Positions 1 through 10,242 of a stretch of DNA of 62,278 nucleotides are shown here, one piece after another. Position 1 is the stretch's first letter. The number at the start of each line of letters is the position of its first letter. The notes under the pieces are model-generated. The model saw only the letters and a program-made list of their open reading frames with translations. It had not been told where the DNA came from and did no database searches. Made by a program: the position numbers and the translations under genes. The stretch is taken from positions 1-62,278 of the forward strand of contig CAZFGR010000010.1 in assembly GCA_964518475.1 (NCBI GenBank), in the 5' to 3' direction. The DNA comes from an uncultured Nitrososphaerota archaeon. GTDB taxonomy: Archaea; Asgardarchaeota; Njordarchaeia; Njordarchaeales; Njordarchaeaceae.

Positions 1-172
1 GTTCTCCTCCCTAAAGACCGTGGTCGGGGACGTTATCCATAGTAAGTCTTGGGAAACAAGAATTTGTGACGCCTTCATCGCGGTCCTAGCCTACAATGTG
101 GCTAGGATCACCGCACTAAGCCCTAATTAAACGGCTGAGAGAGGCTTAGAAGGCTAGACGGGACAAGGGGCA
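1..172 (+). mobile_element. 3' end of an IS5-like insertion sequence: transposase C-terminus (2..130) and probable right end
   Basis: Frame 2 reads FSSLKTVVGDVIHSKSWETRICDAFIAVLAYNVARITALSPN*, matching the (E)xxFSxLK...LAYN C-terminus of DDE transposases. The segment is more GC-rich than its flank and ends at GGGACAAGGGGC (~160-171). Confidence 0.65.
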
Positions 173-562
173 AAAAGATAAATTTGAAACAAAGCCTATT
201 CAGACTGTTTATCAAAATCTAAATAATAAGGAGCAACAATTTAAAGTTTACTAACTAGAAACGGCCTAGAGCTTTGGCGATGGTTATTATTGTTCATTTC
301 TCCGGCTATGCTTGCTGTATTTCGGGCATAACTGACTATACATGGTGTGAAGCTTGAGAAACAAGAGTTTAAGATTTTCTATTCTACATATTTTTCCATG
401 GGGCATGCTCTTCGTGCTCAGTTTGATCCATAATACCTAGTACCACCTATCTCACCGTAAAATGATGTCTAGACGTTAAGTTAGAAGTGTTTAAATAGCT
501 ATTATCTACGCTCTTTTTATGAAAAGATTATCTTAGATATAGGGGAGAACTTATAATTCTCC

Positions 563-1165
563 TCATGCTTTCTTTTTCTTCTTAGCTCTTCTTTTTATCG
601 CCGCTCTTCTACTAGGCCTTACTTTCTCTGCTCCCCTTCCCTTATTTCTTAGTCCTCTAGCTTTCTTTCCGGCACTAGTTAAGCCCCTGAATACTCGCCC
701 TCTGTGCTGTTTTTCTGTTATCCATGAAATTACTTTATCTTTCTTTATTACTGGATTATCTCTTTCTACTAATATAACTTCATAGTAAACGTATTGACCA
801 TCTTCTCCAACCCAGTAAGAGTTTAACACTTCACAATTTCTATATTTTCTAGCGGCTCTTTCCTCCGCGATCCAGTGTAAAGATTTACGAACAGTATGTC
901 CAATAACTCCCAAGGATTTCGTTTTCCTTCCACTTCGTGGCCTAGGCTTTCTCTGTCCACCTTTCCGCACCCTAACTCTCACGAGTATAAAACCTGGTTT
1001 TGGTCTCCATCCCAAAACGCGTGCACGCCATAGATTAGTTGGCCTCTCGATTCTTACTACTGCAGGCTGCTTACGCCATTCCATAACTCTTTGTTTCATT
1101 AGTGCTTGGAACGCTTCTGATTTTTTATCCGCCCAGAAATCTCTGATATACTTATATGCCCCCAT
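563..1165 (-). CDS. rpl15e: 50S ribosomal protein L15e
   Basis: MGAYKY start; [37 protein letters not shown] motifs. Confidence 0.98.
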   Translation of the reverse strand: MGAYKYIRDFWADKKSEAFQALMKQRVMEWRKQPAVVRIERPTNLWRARVLGWRPKPGFILVRVRVRKGGQRKPRPRSGRKTKSLGVIGHTVRKSLHWIAEERAARKYRNCEVLNSYWVGEDGQYVYYEVILVERDNPVIKKDKVISWITEKQHRGRVFRGLTSAGKKARGLRNKGRGAEKVRPSRRAAIKRRAKKKKKA

Positions 1166-1243
1166 TTGTCTCCTCCTCTATACTGATAACTCATTATTCG
1201 TGTGAATCAAAAAGTATAAAAATGATGTGGATTGCGCACGCAT

Positions 1244-1447
1244 TTATTCTTCCTCAAATACTATCCTATTCTCAACTAACTGATCTAGTTCTCCTTTTCG
1301 GATATATTTCTCAAATCTTTGAAGATGAAGACGGATAGCATCACGGAAGAATTCGCTTCTACTCGAATAAATACCTAGCCTTACGAGTTGATCCACTCTT
1401 TCCAAAATTTGCTTGGGAATTTTAAAACTAACTGGAATCATACTCAA
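1244..1447 (-). CDS. Ribbon-helix-helix (CopG/Arc/MetJ) transcription regulator
   Basis: VSFKIPKQILERVDQLVRLGIYSSRSEFFRDAIR RHH signature. Confidence 0.85.
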   Translation of the reverse strand: MSMIPVSFKIPKQILERVDQLVRLGIYSSRSEFFRDAIRLHLQRFEKYIRKGELDQLVENRIVFEEE

Positions 1448-1599
1448 TTAGAAACCCCCCAAAGTAATGAAAAGACTCTCCCTAGAGATTATGGCAACAT
1501 ACGCTCGGAATACCTACATATTCCCACCTTTATCTTTATAAAAGCCTTTCTTTTCAAAGATTTTTTAAGAATAGAGGAACTCTCCTTGGGGTTTTTAAA

Positions 1600-2649
1600 T
1601 TGATTATAAAAAATAATTATGACTTGTTGATAATTCCCATTAACGATTATTTTTCTCTAGCATTAGAGGAAACAAAGGCAATTTTAGAAAGTATTAACAA
1701 AACTTCACTCATCTCCCGTATAAAATTTGATTTCGATTCCGGTATAATAATAGTTCCAACTATAGATCTTAAAAGCGCACTAACATTGTCTGAACGCGTT
1801 ACATTAGTAAAGTATGTAGGCCTCATATTAGGTTATGATTCCAAGACTTCTATGGAAACTCTTAAGGAACTCCTAGAAAAAAACTTCGGAAAAGATATTC
1901 TTCTTTCGATCTCAATTGACTATCATCATAGTCATTCCTCGACCCTTGTAGAGCAATTGCTTTCCTTTGCCACGCAATATTTCCCAATTTCTTATGTCTC
2001 CTTGACTCATCCAATAATTCAAATTAAAGTACATAAAATAGGTGGCAAGAGCATATTTACCGCTCCCTTACGAACATCTCGATCTGATATTATTAGACAT
2101 GAACCAGAATTTCGACCTTATGCTCCATCAGCTACTATGGATGCTGTGACTTCGCGGCTTATTGTAAATCTTTCTCGATGCAGAAAAAACTCGCTTTTCC
2201 TAGATCCATTCTCTGGTTCTGGCTCGATATTACTAGAAGCTGCTAGGTTAGGTTGTAAAGTTATAGGACTAGATGTAAGTCCCCGGCTTGTATATGGGGC
2301 ACGTTTCAATTTTGAATTCTTTTCTTGCAAGTATCTAGATATTTTTCTTGGAGACGCCACTAAATTGCCTTTAAGAGATGAGACGGTAGACTCTATAGGT
2401 ACGGATCCTCCATATGGTCGCTCCGCGATTGTTTATGGGCACTCTCTTTTAGAGCTTTATGAAAAGTTTCTAGAAGAGAGTTATCGAGTCCTTCGCAAGC
2501 ATGGTTATTTGTGTTTCTGCGCACCTTTAGGTATGAAAGAAACTTTATCACCAATAATTAGGCGTATAGGTTTTGAAATTAAGTCTCAGCACTCAATGCG
2601 AGTACATAAAAGTTTAACGCGTTTAATCACCGTACTTTTTGTTCCTTAA
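1600..2649 (+). CDS. tRNA (guanine(10)-N2)-methyltransferase, Trm11/TrmG10 family
   Basis: LDPFSGSGS SAM motif, TDPPYGRS, C-terminal RVHKSLTR; N-terminal THUMP-like region. Confidence 0.85.
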   Translation: MIIKNNYDLLIIPINDYFSLALEETKAILESINKTSLISRIKFDFDSGIIIVPTIDLKSALTLSERVTLVKYVGLILGYDSKTSMETLKELLEKNFGKDILLSISIDYHHSHSSTLVEQLLSFATQYFPISYVSLTHPIIQIKVHKIGGKSIFTAPLRTSRSDIIRHEPEFRPYAPSATMDAVTSRLIVNLSRCRKNSLFLDPFSGSGSILLEAARLGCKVIGLDVSPRLVYGARFNFEFFSCKYLDIFLGDATKLPLRDETVDSIGTDPPYGRSAIVYGHSLLELYEKFLEESYRVLRKHGYLCFCAPLGMKETLSPIIRRIGFEIKSQHSMRVHKSLTRLITVLFVP

Positions 2650-3363
2650 ACACTGAACTTTCGCAAGCACTCTTCTGAAAAAACCAATCAGAGAATGAAC
2701 CTCTCGACCACTTAAGAAAGCTCGTCCTACTAAATTTCTTACAATATCTCTGTAAATAGCGATTTTCCCTTCCGGTGCATCGCTCATTATTATTCTCACT
2801 AGCTTATCTAAATACTGCACTAAAATAGCTCTCTCTTGCGGAGTTGATGGTCTATAAGGCGTTTCTCTCACTTTATTTAAAGCAATTCCTAGCTCATAAG
2901 CTATAACAGCAACGGCGTGAGATAAGTTCATTACTGGATATTCCAGTGATGTAGGGATAGTAACAACTGCATCACACTTATCTAACTCCTCATTAGTTAA
3001 TCCGGTATCTTCACTACCGAATAATAATGCTATTCGACCGCTCTTGGGCCATTCATAATCTCTAAGCATCGGCAACAAAATAGCTACTCGTCTAGGATTT
3101 TGATCACCACCAATCTTAGCTGTTGTACCTATGAGGAAGTTAATTTCCTCCTCTTTTACAAATTTCTCAATTGAGTTATATGATTTGGCATTACTTAGAA
3201 CATCCTGAGCATGACTAGCAAATCTTCTAGCAACATCATCTATTTCACATCTTGGAGATATTAGAACAAGCCTTTTGAACCCAAAATTTTTGATAACTCT
3301 CGCGGTTAGGCCTACATTTATTGGATATTTTGGTCTAACTAAGACAAAAAATACTTCAATCAA
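2623..3363 (-). CDS. trmJ: TrmJ/YjtD family SPOUT RNA methyltransferase
   Basis: VLVRPKYPINVG..AR, LFGSEDTGLTNEEL, YPVMNLSHAVAV. Confidence 0.9.
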   Translation of the reverse strand: MIEVFFVLVRPKYPINVGLTARVIKNFGFKRLVLISPRCEIDDVARRFASHAQDVLSNAKSYNSIEKFVKEEEINFLIGTTAKIGGDQNPRRVAILLPMLRDYEWPKSGRIALLFGSEDTGLTNEELDKCDAVVTIPTSLEYPVMNLSHAVAVIAYELGIALNKVRETPYRPSTPQERAILVQYLDKLVRIIMSDAPEGKIAIYRDIVRNLVGRAFLSGREVHSLIGFFRRVLAKVQCLRNKKYGD

Positions 3364-3440
3364 GTTTAATCACCAATTCAATCAAGGATCACAAATTATT
3401 GTCATTAATGATATAAACTACTCTCTTAGAGGAAAAAATA

Positions 3441-4511
3441 ATGCTTGTTAAATACCATTTCCCACAGCTTAAGGTGTTTTTTGAGATTCCAGATTTATAC
3501 TGTATTGTGTATAAAGCTCTTTTACGGATTCCAAGCGGTAAAATTACTACCTACGGAGAAATAGCGCGAGCTCTCGGAGATATCAGGGCTAGTAGAGGAA
3601 TTGGTCAGATTCTTGCTCTCAATCCTTGGCCAGATAAATACCCATGCTATAAAGTGGTTAGAAGCGATGGGACTTTAGGCAATTATTCTTATGGAGGATT
3701 GCCAGAAAAGATTAAAAGATTAGCAGCTGAAGGTATAGATATGTCGAGAGGTAAGATATTAAACTTTCAAGACGTCTTAGTTGATCATAGAAGTCTTGGA
3801 TTATTACCATACTTAGCATCTCTTAGAAGGATTCAGGAAACTCTTAAACAACATATCACATTATTACCTGTTGACTCTGAAAGTATAAGATACATCCTTA
3901 CTCTAGATACTGCCTATCTCAGCGAAAGTTTTCCAGAAAAAAGCATATCCGTCGGCGTTCTTTACGATCTAGAAAAAGAGAAGATTCTCAGAATTTCCCT
4001 TAGCCTAATGCCAATATTTTTTCCATACATCCCTGGTTATCTCTTTTTCCGCGAAGGTCCTCCATTATTATCAACAATCGAGAATGTATTATCTACCTTT
4101 TCAAAAATTGATGTAGCGATTCTCGATGGTCATGGTTTATTGCATCCTAGAAAAGCGGGTATAGCTACCCATATGGGCATTCTCCTCTCGATGCCTACAA
4201 TCGGCGTAGCTAAGAAACTTTTGTATGGTAAAGTTATTGAAGCTAGTGAGAAAAGAGTAAGCCCTACGATAACTGTAACGCCAATTAAGATTAATGATAA
4301 TATTGCTGGTTACAGGTTAAGGAAAGGAAAATCGTCTATATATGTATCTCCTGGGAATTTGATTGATCCCGAATCCGCACTGAAGATCATTTTACGCCTA
4401 AAATGGACTCGTTATAAAGTTCCCGATTTATTATATTTACCGCATTTCATTGCTAGTAGGTTGAGAAAACGCCTCACAGATCTCTTTCGCTCTCAGAATA
4501 AGCAAGTTTAA
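3441..4511 (+). CDS. Fused O6-alkylguanine-DNA alkyltransferase / endonuclease V (AGT-EndoV)
   Basis: N-terminal IPSGKITTYGEIA...NP...PCYKVV (MGMT); C-terminal PYIPGYLFFREGP, LDGHGLLHPRKAGIATH, TIGVAKK, IYVSPG (EndoV). Confidence 0.92.
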   Translation: MLVKYHFPQLKVFFEIPDLYCIVYKALLRIPSGKITTYGEIARALGDIRASRGIGQILALNPWPDKYPCYKVVRSDGTLGNYSYGGLPEKIKRLAAEGIDMSRGKILNFQDVLVDHRSLGLLPYLASLRRIQETLKQHITLLPVDSESIRYILTLDTAYLSESFPEKSISVGVLYDLEKEKILRISLSLMPIFFPYIPGYLFFREGPPLLSTIENVLSTFSKIDVAILDGHGLLHPRKAGIATHMGILLSMPTIGVAKKLLYGKVIEASEKRVSPTITVTPIKINDNIAGYRLRKGKSSIYVSPGNLIDPESALKIILRLKWTRYKVPDLLYLPHFIASRLRKRLTDLFRSQNKQV

Positions 4512-5081
4512 GACGCTCCTAGCTAATAATTTAGCAACCCTTATGGGTTCAGGATAGCGGCCATGTATAATAAAACGATTCAACGCATATAATGCGTCAT
4601 CAATAGAAATACCAACTGGTCTAATAAAAATCTTAAAGGAATTTTTCAAGACAACAGGTATACGCGGTCCATTACTTAGAAGAACCCTTAACCTTTCAGC
4701 ACCATTTGGTAATGCGCTCAAATATTTCTCCACCCCTTCACTTTCCTCATAGCTTACTGCAATAATTGGCTTCCCTATACTATGATAAATTTTGTTTAGA
4801 TCTATCACATTGTATAAGGAAATGATTGTTCCATTAATCATTATCAAGGTTATATCGGGCCTATTCATAGATGTTATTAATTCTAATATTTTTTCAGTAG
4901 CATCCAACCCTCCAACTGTTACAAAATTAAAAGCGAATCCATCTATCTGAAAGTCCCCTCGCATAATAATGGCCGCTAAAACAGATTTTTTAATAACGGG
5001 AAAGAGGTCCTTTCTGAAAGACTCTGCAATAGCTAATACTCGAAAACCTTTCTTGTAAATACTGATATGACCCTTACTCAT
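4437..5081 (-). CDS. DUF99 family protein (EndoV-like, endonuclease dU)
   Basis: LAIAESF, VTVGGLDAT, SLYNVIDL, GRYPEPIRVA; start set at MSKGH behind a GGGGA SD. Confidence 0.88.
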   Translation of the reverse strand: MSKGHISIYKKGFRVLAIAESFRKDLFPVIKKSVLAAIIMRGDFQIDGFAFNFVTVGGLDATEKILELITSMNRPDITLIMINGTIISLYNVIDLNKIYHSIGKPIIAVSYEESEGVEKYLSALPNGAERLRVLLSNGPRIPVVLKNSFKIFIRPVGISIDDALYALNRFIIHGRYPEPIRVAKLLARSVLNLLILRAKEICEAFSQPTSNEMR

Positions 5082-5174
5082 ATTAGTCCCCCGAACAATC
5101 ATATATTGAACAAAAACTTCCAAAAATGCATTATTAAGCTGGATCAACAAGTTAAAGAACTCGTAGAATAACTG

Positions 5175-6257
5175 GTGTCTTTAATGAAAAAAATGATTAA
5201 GATGAATATACGGGATTTATTACAGGTTATCATTATCTTTCTCATAATTTTGATAATTCTGAATCTTAATTCTATTTCTCGAGAAATATTAAACACCGAT
5301 ATTCCATATGCTCATATAATCTCTGGTTCTATGAGACCGACTTATTATGAAGGAGACTTAGTGATAATTAAAGGAGTTGACCCCTCAAAGATATCTGTGG
5401 GCGATGTAATTGTTTTTAAAAATCCTAAAAATCCATCAGAGCTCATTTTACATCGAGTGTTCGCTATTCGGATAGTAAATGATACGCACTTTTTCTTAAC
5501 TAAAGGCGATAATCCTCGTACGAATCCTTATCCCGATTATTGGGGATGGGTTCCAGAATACTATGTAGTGGGGAAAGTCATTTTTAGAATACCTATTCTA
5601 GGTCTCATATTTGAAGTATTATCAACTATTGTGGTTCGAGTTTTATTAATTGTTTTGCTAGGCATAATGCTCATTCTTGATATAATTTATGGAGAGAAAA
5701 AAATTATACAAACTCCTAAGTGCATGAAAATTTTGCACAGAAATTCTCTCCTCGCAATAATTTTGATTTTATCTCTAATATTTGGACAACTATATGCTGT
5801 TTCACAACCAGCTTCATCTAGCTTTTATGTTGAGCTAGAAACAAAACCTTACCTATACAAGTACACTCCGGGTCTTGTTCTTGTAATACCACTGCATATA
5901 GTGTCTAAAGGGTATGGAGTAGTTAGTATTAGGGAGGTGATAATATCTTTAAGGAACTCATTCTTAAATATAACTTTAGCAAGTACTCGATGGACAATTC
6001 CATATAATTTCCACGGGGAGAAAACAGTTTCAATAGCTCTTTACCTGGGAAATAACACTCCGATCAATGAAACTTTAATAGCTACTAAGCTGGAACTCGT
6101 TTTTCGGGTTATTCTATATGATTTTCTTGGCAACCTATATTCTATAATTGAAGTTCATCATTCCTTAACGGCTACCATGCATTTCAGAACTCTCAGATTC
6201 CTTAATAATAGACTCCCTTATCTTTTTCTTAATCATTCTAGGCATAAATACTCCTAG
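5175..6257 (+). CDS. Signal peptidase I (Sec11 type) with long C-terminal extension
   Basis: TM anchor, SGSMRP (catalytic Ser), GDVIVF, ILHRV, TKGDN; then two more TM segments and a soluble domain. Confidence 0.9.
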   Translation: MSLMKKMIKMNIRDLLQVIIIFLIILIILNLNSISREILNTDIPYAHIISGSMRPTYYEGDLVIIKGVDPSKISVGDVIVFKNPKNPSELILHRVFAIRIVNDTHFFLTKGDNPRTNPYPDYWGWVPEYYVVGKVIFRIPILGLIFEVLSTIVVRVLLIVLLGIMLILDIIYGEKKIIQTPKCMKILHRNSLLAIILILSLIFGQLYAVSQPASSSFYVELETKPYLYKYTPGLVLVIPLHIVSKGYGVVSIREVIISLRNSFLNITLASTRWTIPYNFHGEKTVSIALYLGNNTPINETLIATKLELVFRVILYDFLGNLYSIIEVHHSLTATMHFRTLRFLNNRLPYLFLNHSRHKYS

Positions 6258-6989
6258 ATACGCTTGAGGGATGTATGGGCCTATTTCGGGTATTAATCCC
6301 TTAGCGGAAGTGCCCCATTTGCACACTATTACATGTTCTAGAAAACCTAATCGTTCTATATTTACAACATCTATGCTATGTTTACTTTCTCTTATGGCCT
6401 TTTCTACCTGTGATCTTGTAGCTCCATAAACGATTATTCGATCGAATCTCTTCGAGATCCAAGCTCTAAGCATTCGTGCTATAGTATTACCGAGATATCC
6501 CCTTACAATTCTTTTTTCATTATCTAGTGGTGATTCAAAATCTATCATAACAGTTACTGGAAAGTATTTTTTAATTCCAAAGAGTTCAAATATTTCACGA
6601 GAAACCTTTGCTTGCACTCTAAAAATTTTTCTTAAAAAGATCCCAAAGGATATCTTCACTTTGTAATAGTCATCCCCTACTAGCCCAATATCTACATACA
6701 CCGCCTCATCATTTACCTCAATAACACGCCCTTTATATTCTTTTTTCTCCTCAAGTTCCCTCCAAGTAAGTGGTTTTCCCAACTCTCGTTCAAGAAACTT
6801 CGCTATTGTAACTGCATTGGATCCTTCAATTAACAACTTTGTAAAACGTCTGGAGATGTTTATTATCTCTATCTTATCTATAGAAGAGTCCAAGATTAGA
6901 GATCTAATATAAGCCTTTAAGGATTGCTCAAGACTTTTTGACCACTCAATATAGATTGGCAATAACACAGTTACTTCCTTTCTAGGCAT
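6165..6989 (-). CDS. DUF2110 family protein
   Basis: OB-like VYVDIG; ATRSQVEKAIRESKHSIDVVNIERLGFLEH..CKWGTSAKGLIPEIGPY. Confidence 0.8.
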   Translation of the reverse strand: MPRKEVTVLLPIYIEWSKSLEQSLKAYIRSLILDSSIDKIEIINISRRFTKLLIEGSNAVTIAKFLERELGKPLTWRELEEKKEYKGRVIEVNDEAVYVDIGLVGDDYYKVKISFGIFLRKIFRVQAKVSREIFELFGIKKYFPVTVMIDFESPLDNEKRIVRGYLGNTIARMLRAWISKRFDRIIVYGATRSQVEKAIRESKHSIDVVNIERLGFLEHVIVCKWGTSAKGLIPEIGPYIPQAYLGVFMPRMIKKKIRESIIKESESSEMHGSR

Positions 6990-7070
6990 TCCATAACCCC
7001 TAAGTTAGGAAAAAGAATCCTTTGGAAACAATATAAGTTCGTATTTACTAACTTCATATAACCTAATAAC

Positions 7071-7418
7071 CTAAAATTCGTTCTTCAACGCGTTTTCTTT
7101 CAATTCTTGTAGTTTTTTCAAAATTCTCTTAATTTTTTCATATTGAAGCCCAACTATTAACGCTGATAGTAAAGTTCCGAGATTTAATGAGTAACTACCT
7201 TTCTCTTTTCTTATCAAAAAACCTGCTTTATGTAATCTCTCTATCTTTTTCCTAGCTAGATCAGGAGAAAGTTTGAGATTATAAGTTAATTCGCTCGGAG
7301 AAATCTCGGCAGTTAAGCCTTTTTGTAAGATATATAGGAGAATCTGTATGGATGTGGGACCAAATCGCTGTAATTTTTCAAATGCTTCAACTCCTCTTAA
7401 AATATGCTCATAAATCAT
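7071..7418 (-). CDS. Winged-helix DNA-binding protein
   Basis: ISPSELTYNLKLSPDLARKKIERLHKAGFLIRKEKGSYSL; start set at MIYEH. Confidence 0.7.
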   Translation of the reverse strand: MIYEHILRGVEAFEKLQRFGPTSIQILLYILQKGLTAEISPSELTYNLKLSPDLARKKIERLHKAGFLIRKEKGSYSLNLGTLLSALIVGLQYEKIKRILKKLQELKENALKNEF

Positions 7419-7662
7419 GTTGACGCCCCAGCATAGTATTAGTAGGAATGAAATTTTCTTGAAAAGTTGCAGTAGGTTTCTAAGGTTACATCTTATCTTC
7501 CAAAATATCCTATGATACGATGTCTTCCTTAAAGTTTTAGTCATTTTAGTATGAAATTAAAAATAAGAACCACGTACGATACTTCTCATTCTATGCTCTA
7601 AGCTCCAAGCTCCAAGTTAAGAATTTTTTCTACTCTAGAAGATGAGAGATATTGCTATTTGG

Positions 7663-9006
7663 TCAGTAATCTAATATTCCGTAACCTACTAGTCGATACT
7701 CTCTTTCAACTAGTCTACTTATTGCAGCTATCTCGTTTTTCGGCATTGCAAGTGGCCGTAATAAGGTTATTTCAGCTTCTTCTCCGTCACTACTTTCGAT
7801 TATCCCCAGATTCTTGTTCGTACCTATGTTTAATAGTACTTGTTCACCTTTTTTCAGAGGTGGATTCCGCATATCTACTTTTGCTCCAACGATTTTTGGG
7901 AACATCTTGATTTTCTTAATAGTGACCTTTTTTACAATAGGTGGTAGTCTGTCGGGTTTTCCAGCAATGTTTCCGGCTAGTCCGTCAGCTTTTGTAATTC
8001 CCGGATCCAACTTTGTCGCTATTCCTATTAGGGCATGTGGTATCGCCCTATCTAGTTTGTGTCCACCGTCCGTCTGAATACTTGTTATCTCCGATATAAG
8101 GGGGATGCTTTCATTCTTCTCTGTAATATATCCTGGTCTTATCTCTATTTCGTCTCCTACTCTGAGCTCCCCTCTTTTCAAAGCCCCTCCGAGAGCTCCT
8201 CCAATCATCTTTTCTGGTGGTGTTCCAGGAAGATTAGGATCAAAAGATCTCGCCACATAGAAGAGGGGATCGCCACTTAGCTCTGGTTGCTTAGGTTTAA
8301 AGTATTCAAGAATAGCTGCAAGCAAAACATCTATATTGATTCTCAAAGCCGCACTTACCGGAATTATCGGGGGAATACCATATGAGGTCTCGTTCTCAAA
8401 GAAGTTAATTATTTGTTTATAGTTTTCGAATAATTGTTCCTTAGATACCAGCTCTATCTTATTTTGTGCAACAATTATGTCTTTTATACCCATAACTTCC
8501 AAAGCAGTAACATGTTCTCGTGTCTGAGGCATTGGACATGGTTCATTAGCCGCTATTACTACTAAACCATAATCAATGATTGATGCACCAGCCAACATTG
8601 TTGATATCAGGATTTCGTGCCCTGGATGATCCAAAATTGAGTAACATCTCAAATGTTTTGGCTTACTAGATTTTTTACACTTAAGATTAGCATTCGAAAC
8701 GAGAGCTTGCGGAAGTGGATCATCCGGACACAAATATACATCTAAATGGGAATACCCTAACTTTATTGTAATGCCTTGGAGTAATTCTTTACTGTGCGTG
8801 GCTGGAAACTTTCCTGTAAGGGCCTCTGTTAGTGTTGATTTTCCATGATCTACGTGACCAGCTGTTCCTATTATTCCCACTGATCGATGTTCTTCCGGAT
8901 TTTCTGGTAGATTTTCTAGTGAATCAAGCTCCAACCCCAGAAGCTCTAGGAGCCTCTCTTTATTAAGCAATTCTTTTTCATTCCTAGCAACATCCGGCTC
9001 TGTCAA
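7663..9006 (-). CDS. eif2g: Translation initiation factor 2 subunit gamma (aIF2-gamma)
   Basis: GHVDHGKST, GITIKLGY, DHPGHE, PQTREH, NKIE, RSFDPNLPG. Confidence 0.95.
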   Translation of the reverse strand: MTEPDVARNEKELLNKERLLELLGLELDSLENLPENPEEHRSVGIIGTAGHVDHGKSTLTEALTGKFPATHSKELLQGITIKLGYSHLDVYLCPDDPLPQALVSNANLKCKKSSKPKHLRCYSILDHPGHEILISTMLAGASIIDYGLVVIAANEPCPMPQTREHVTALEVMGIKDIIVAQNKIELVSKEQLFENYKQIINFFENETSYGIPPIIPVSAALRINIDVLLAAILEYFKPKQPELSGDPLFYVARSFDPNLPGTPPEKMIGGALGGALKRGELRVGDEIEIRPGYITEKNESIPLISEITSIQTDGGHKLDRAIPHALIGIATKLDPGITKADGLAGNIAGKPDRLPPIVKKVTIKKIKMFPKIVGAKVDMRNPPLKKGEQVLLNIGTNKNLGIIESSDGEEAEITLLRPLAMPKNEIAAISRLVEREYRLVGYGILDY

Positions 9007-9206
9007 GAATAATCACCAATGCTCATCCCTTTTAAGTAAGCTTTTCATAATTAAAATTGCAATAAAAGGGTTTTTCATAACTCTAGGGTTGCAAAGACAA
9101 TTCAATAAGCAGATACACACCTTATTTGTTTTTTATCCAGCGGGTTTATGCGCTAGTTTGTTCGATAAACTATCTTCTTTTATACTAAGAACTTCCTAAA
9201 AAGTAG

Positions 9207-9878
9207 TCACTTTGGGATATAACGGCTGATAACCTTTACGAAACTTGTTACTGCTTCAATATCCGTTTTTGGCAAAAATTCCAGTTTTCTTGGCAATCTC
9301 CCCTCTCTACAAAGTTGGTAAAGTATCCTGGCTACACCAGCTCTCTTTATTAAAACGATTTTGAAATTGTTTTGTGCAAGAAGGCTGAGAAGAAACTTGA
9401 GTAACTCCTCGCATTTCTCAAATTCAAGTATTACTTTCAGATAAAAGGCGTGTGACGTGCTTATTATGTAAATTTGCATCGACTTACTACTATCACTTCT
9501 TTTTAAAGAATTAACCAATTTTAAAAAAAGATCTAATTCTTCAATCTTTTGATTTACATCCCGAAGTTTATCGGATCCTACTATAAAGAAAACTACAGAA
9601 TAAGATACTGTTGCGTTACCCCTAGCTTCAAGAACATAATCGCGCATGAACTTACTAATAAAGCTATTTCCAGCCTCTTTACAATCAACTTGCTTATCAA
9701 CCGAAAACGTATCATATTTTTTTAAAAAATGCAGTATAATTTTGCAAAAATCTTGCCATGATAACAAGCGGTAATTCACAAAATGTAATGAATTACCAGA
9801 TGCTACTTTTGAAAATGTAAAAATTAAAACTCTTCGACCCCCTAACAGTTTCAATAAAATTATTTTTTTATTTTCCAC
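9207..9878 (-). CDS. Hypothetical protein
   Basis: 223-aa ORF, GTG start behind GGGGT SD; no motif recognised. Confidence 0.55.
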   Translation of the reverse strand: MENKKIILLKLLGGRRVLIFTFSKVASGNSLHFVNYRLLSWQDFCKIILHFLKKYDTFSVDKQVDCKEAGNSFISKFMRDYVLEARGNATVSYSVVFFIVGSDKLRDVNQKIEELDLFLKLVNSLKRSDSSKSMQIYIISTSHAFYLKVILEFEKCEELLKFLLSLLAQNNFKIVLIKRAGVARILYQLCREGRLPRKLEFLPKTDIEAVTSFVKVISRYIPK

Positions 9879-9951
9879 TTTAAGTACCCCGCGAAAATGC
9901 GTGATACTCTAGTAATCCCAATGATTATAAGGGAACAAATCCTTCGATTTT

Positions 9952-10242
9952 TTGCAAACAGTCTTCATCGAAAATAAAAATAGGGGGATTGTTTTGCCGA
10001 TACAAATATCTACATCCAATAGTAAAACTCGCTTACTGCCATCTAAGATTATTCTATGCAGGTGCAAGAGAAAGGGGGGTCGTGAAAGTAGACTTATTTT
10101 TGATTCCCAATTAGGTGAGTATCAATATTACGGTAATTGCTACAGCTTTTATCTATGCAGTATGATTATTAGATCAAAATTTGAAGCATGGTTGAGAGAA
10201 AATGATAAATTACTAAAGAAAAACGGATCTAAGCTCGAATAA
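9952..10242 (+). CDS. Hypothetical protein (Cys-containing)
   Basis: 96-aa ORF filling the gap between genes; CRC...C....C. Confidence 0.4.
   Translation: MQTVFIENKNRGIVLPIQISTSNSKTRLLPSKIILCRCKRKGGRESRLIFDSQLGEYQYYGNCYSFYLCSMIIRSKFEAWLRENDKLLKKNGSKLE

Noticed and set aside
395-470. C/D-like fragments (CTGA-gca-CGAAGA) on the minus strand downstream of rpl15e
   Set aside because: No convincing C and D boxes
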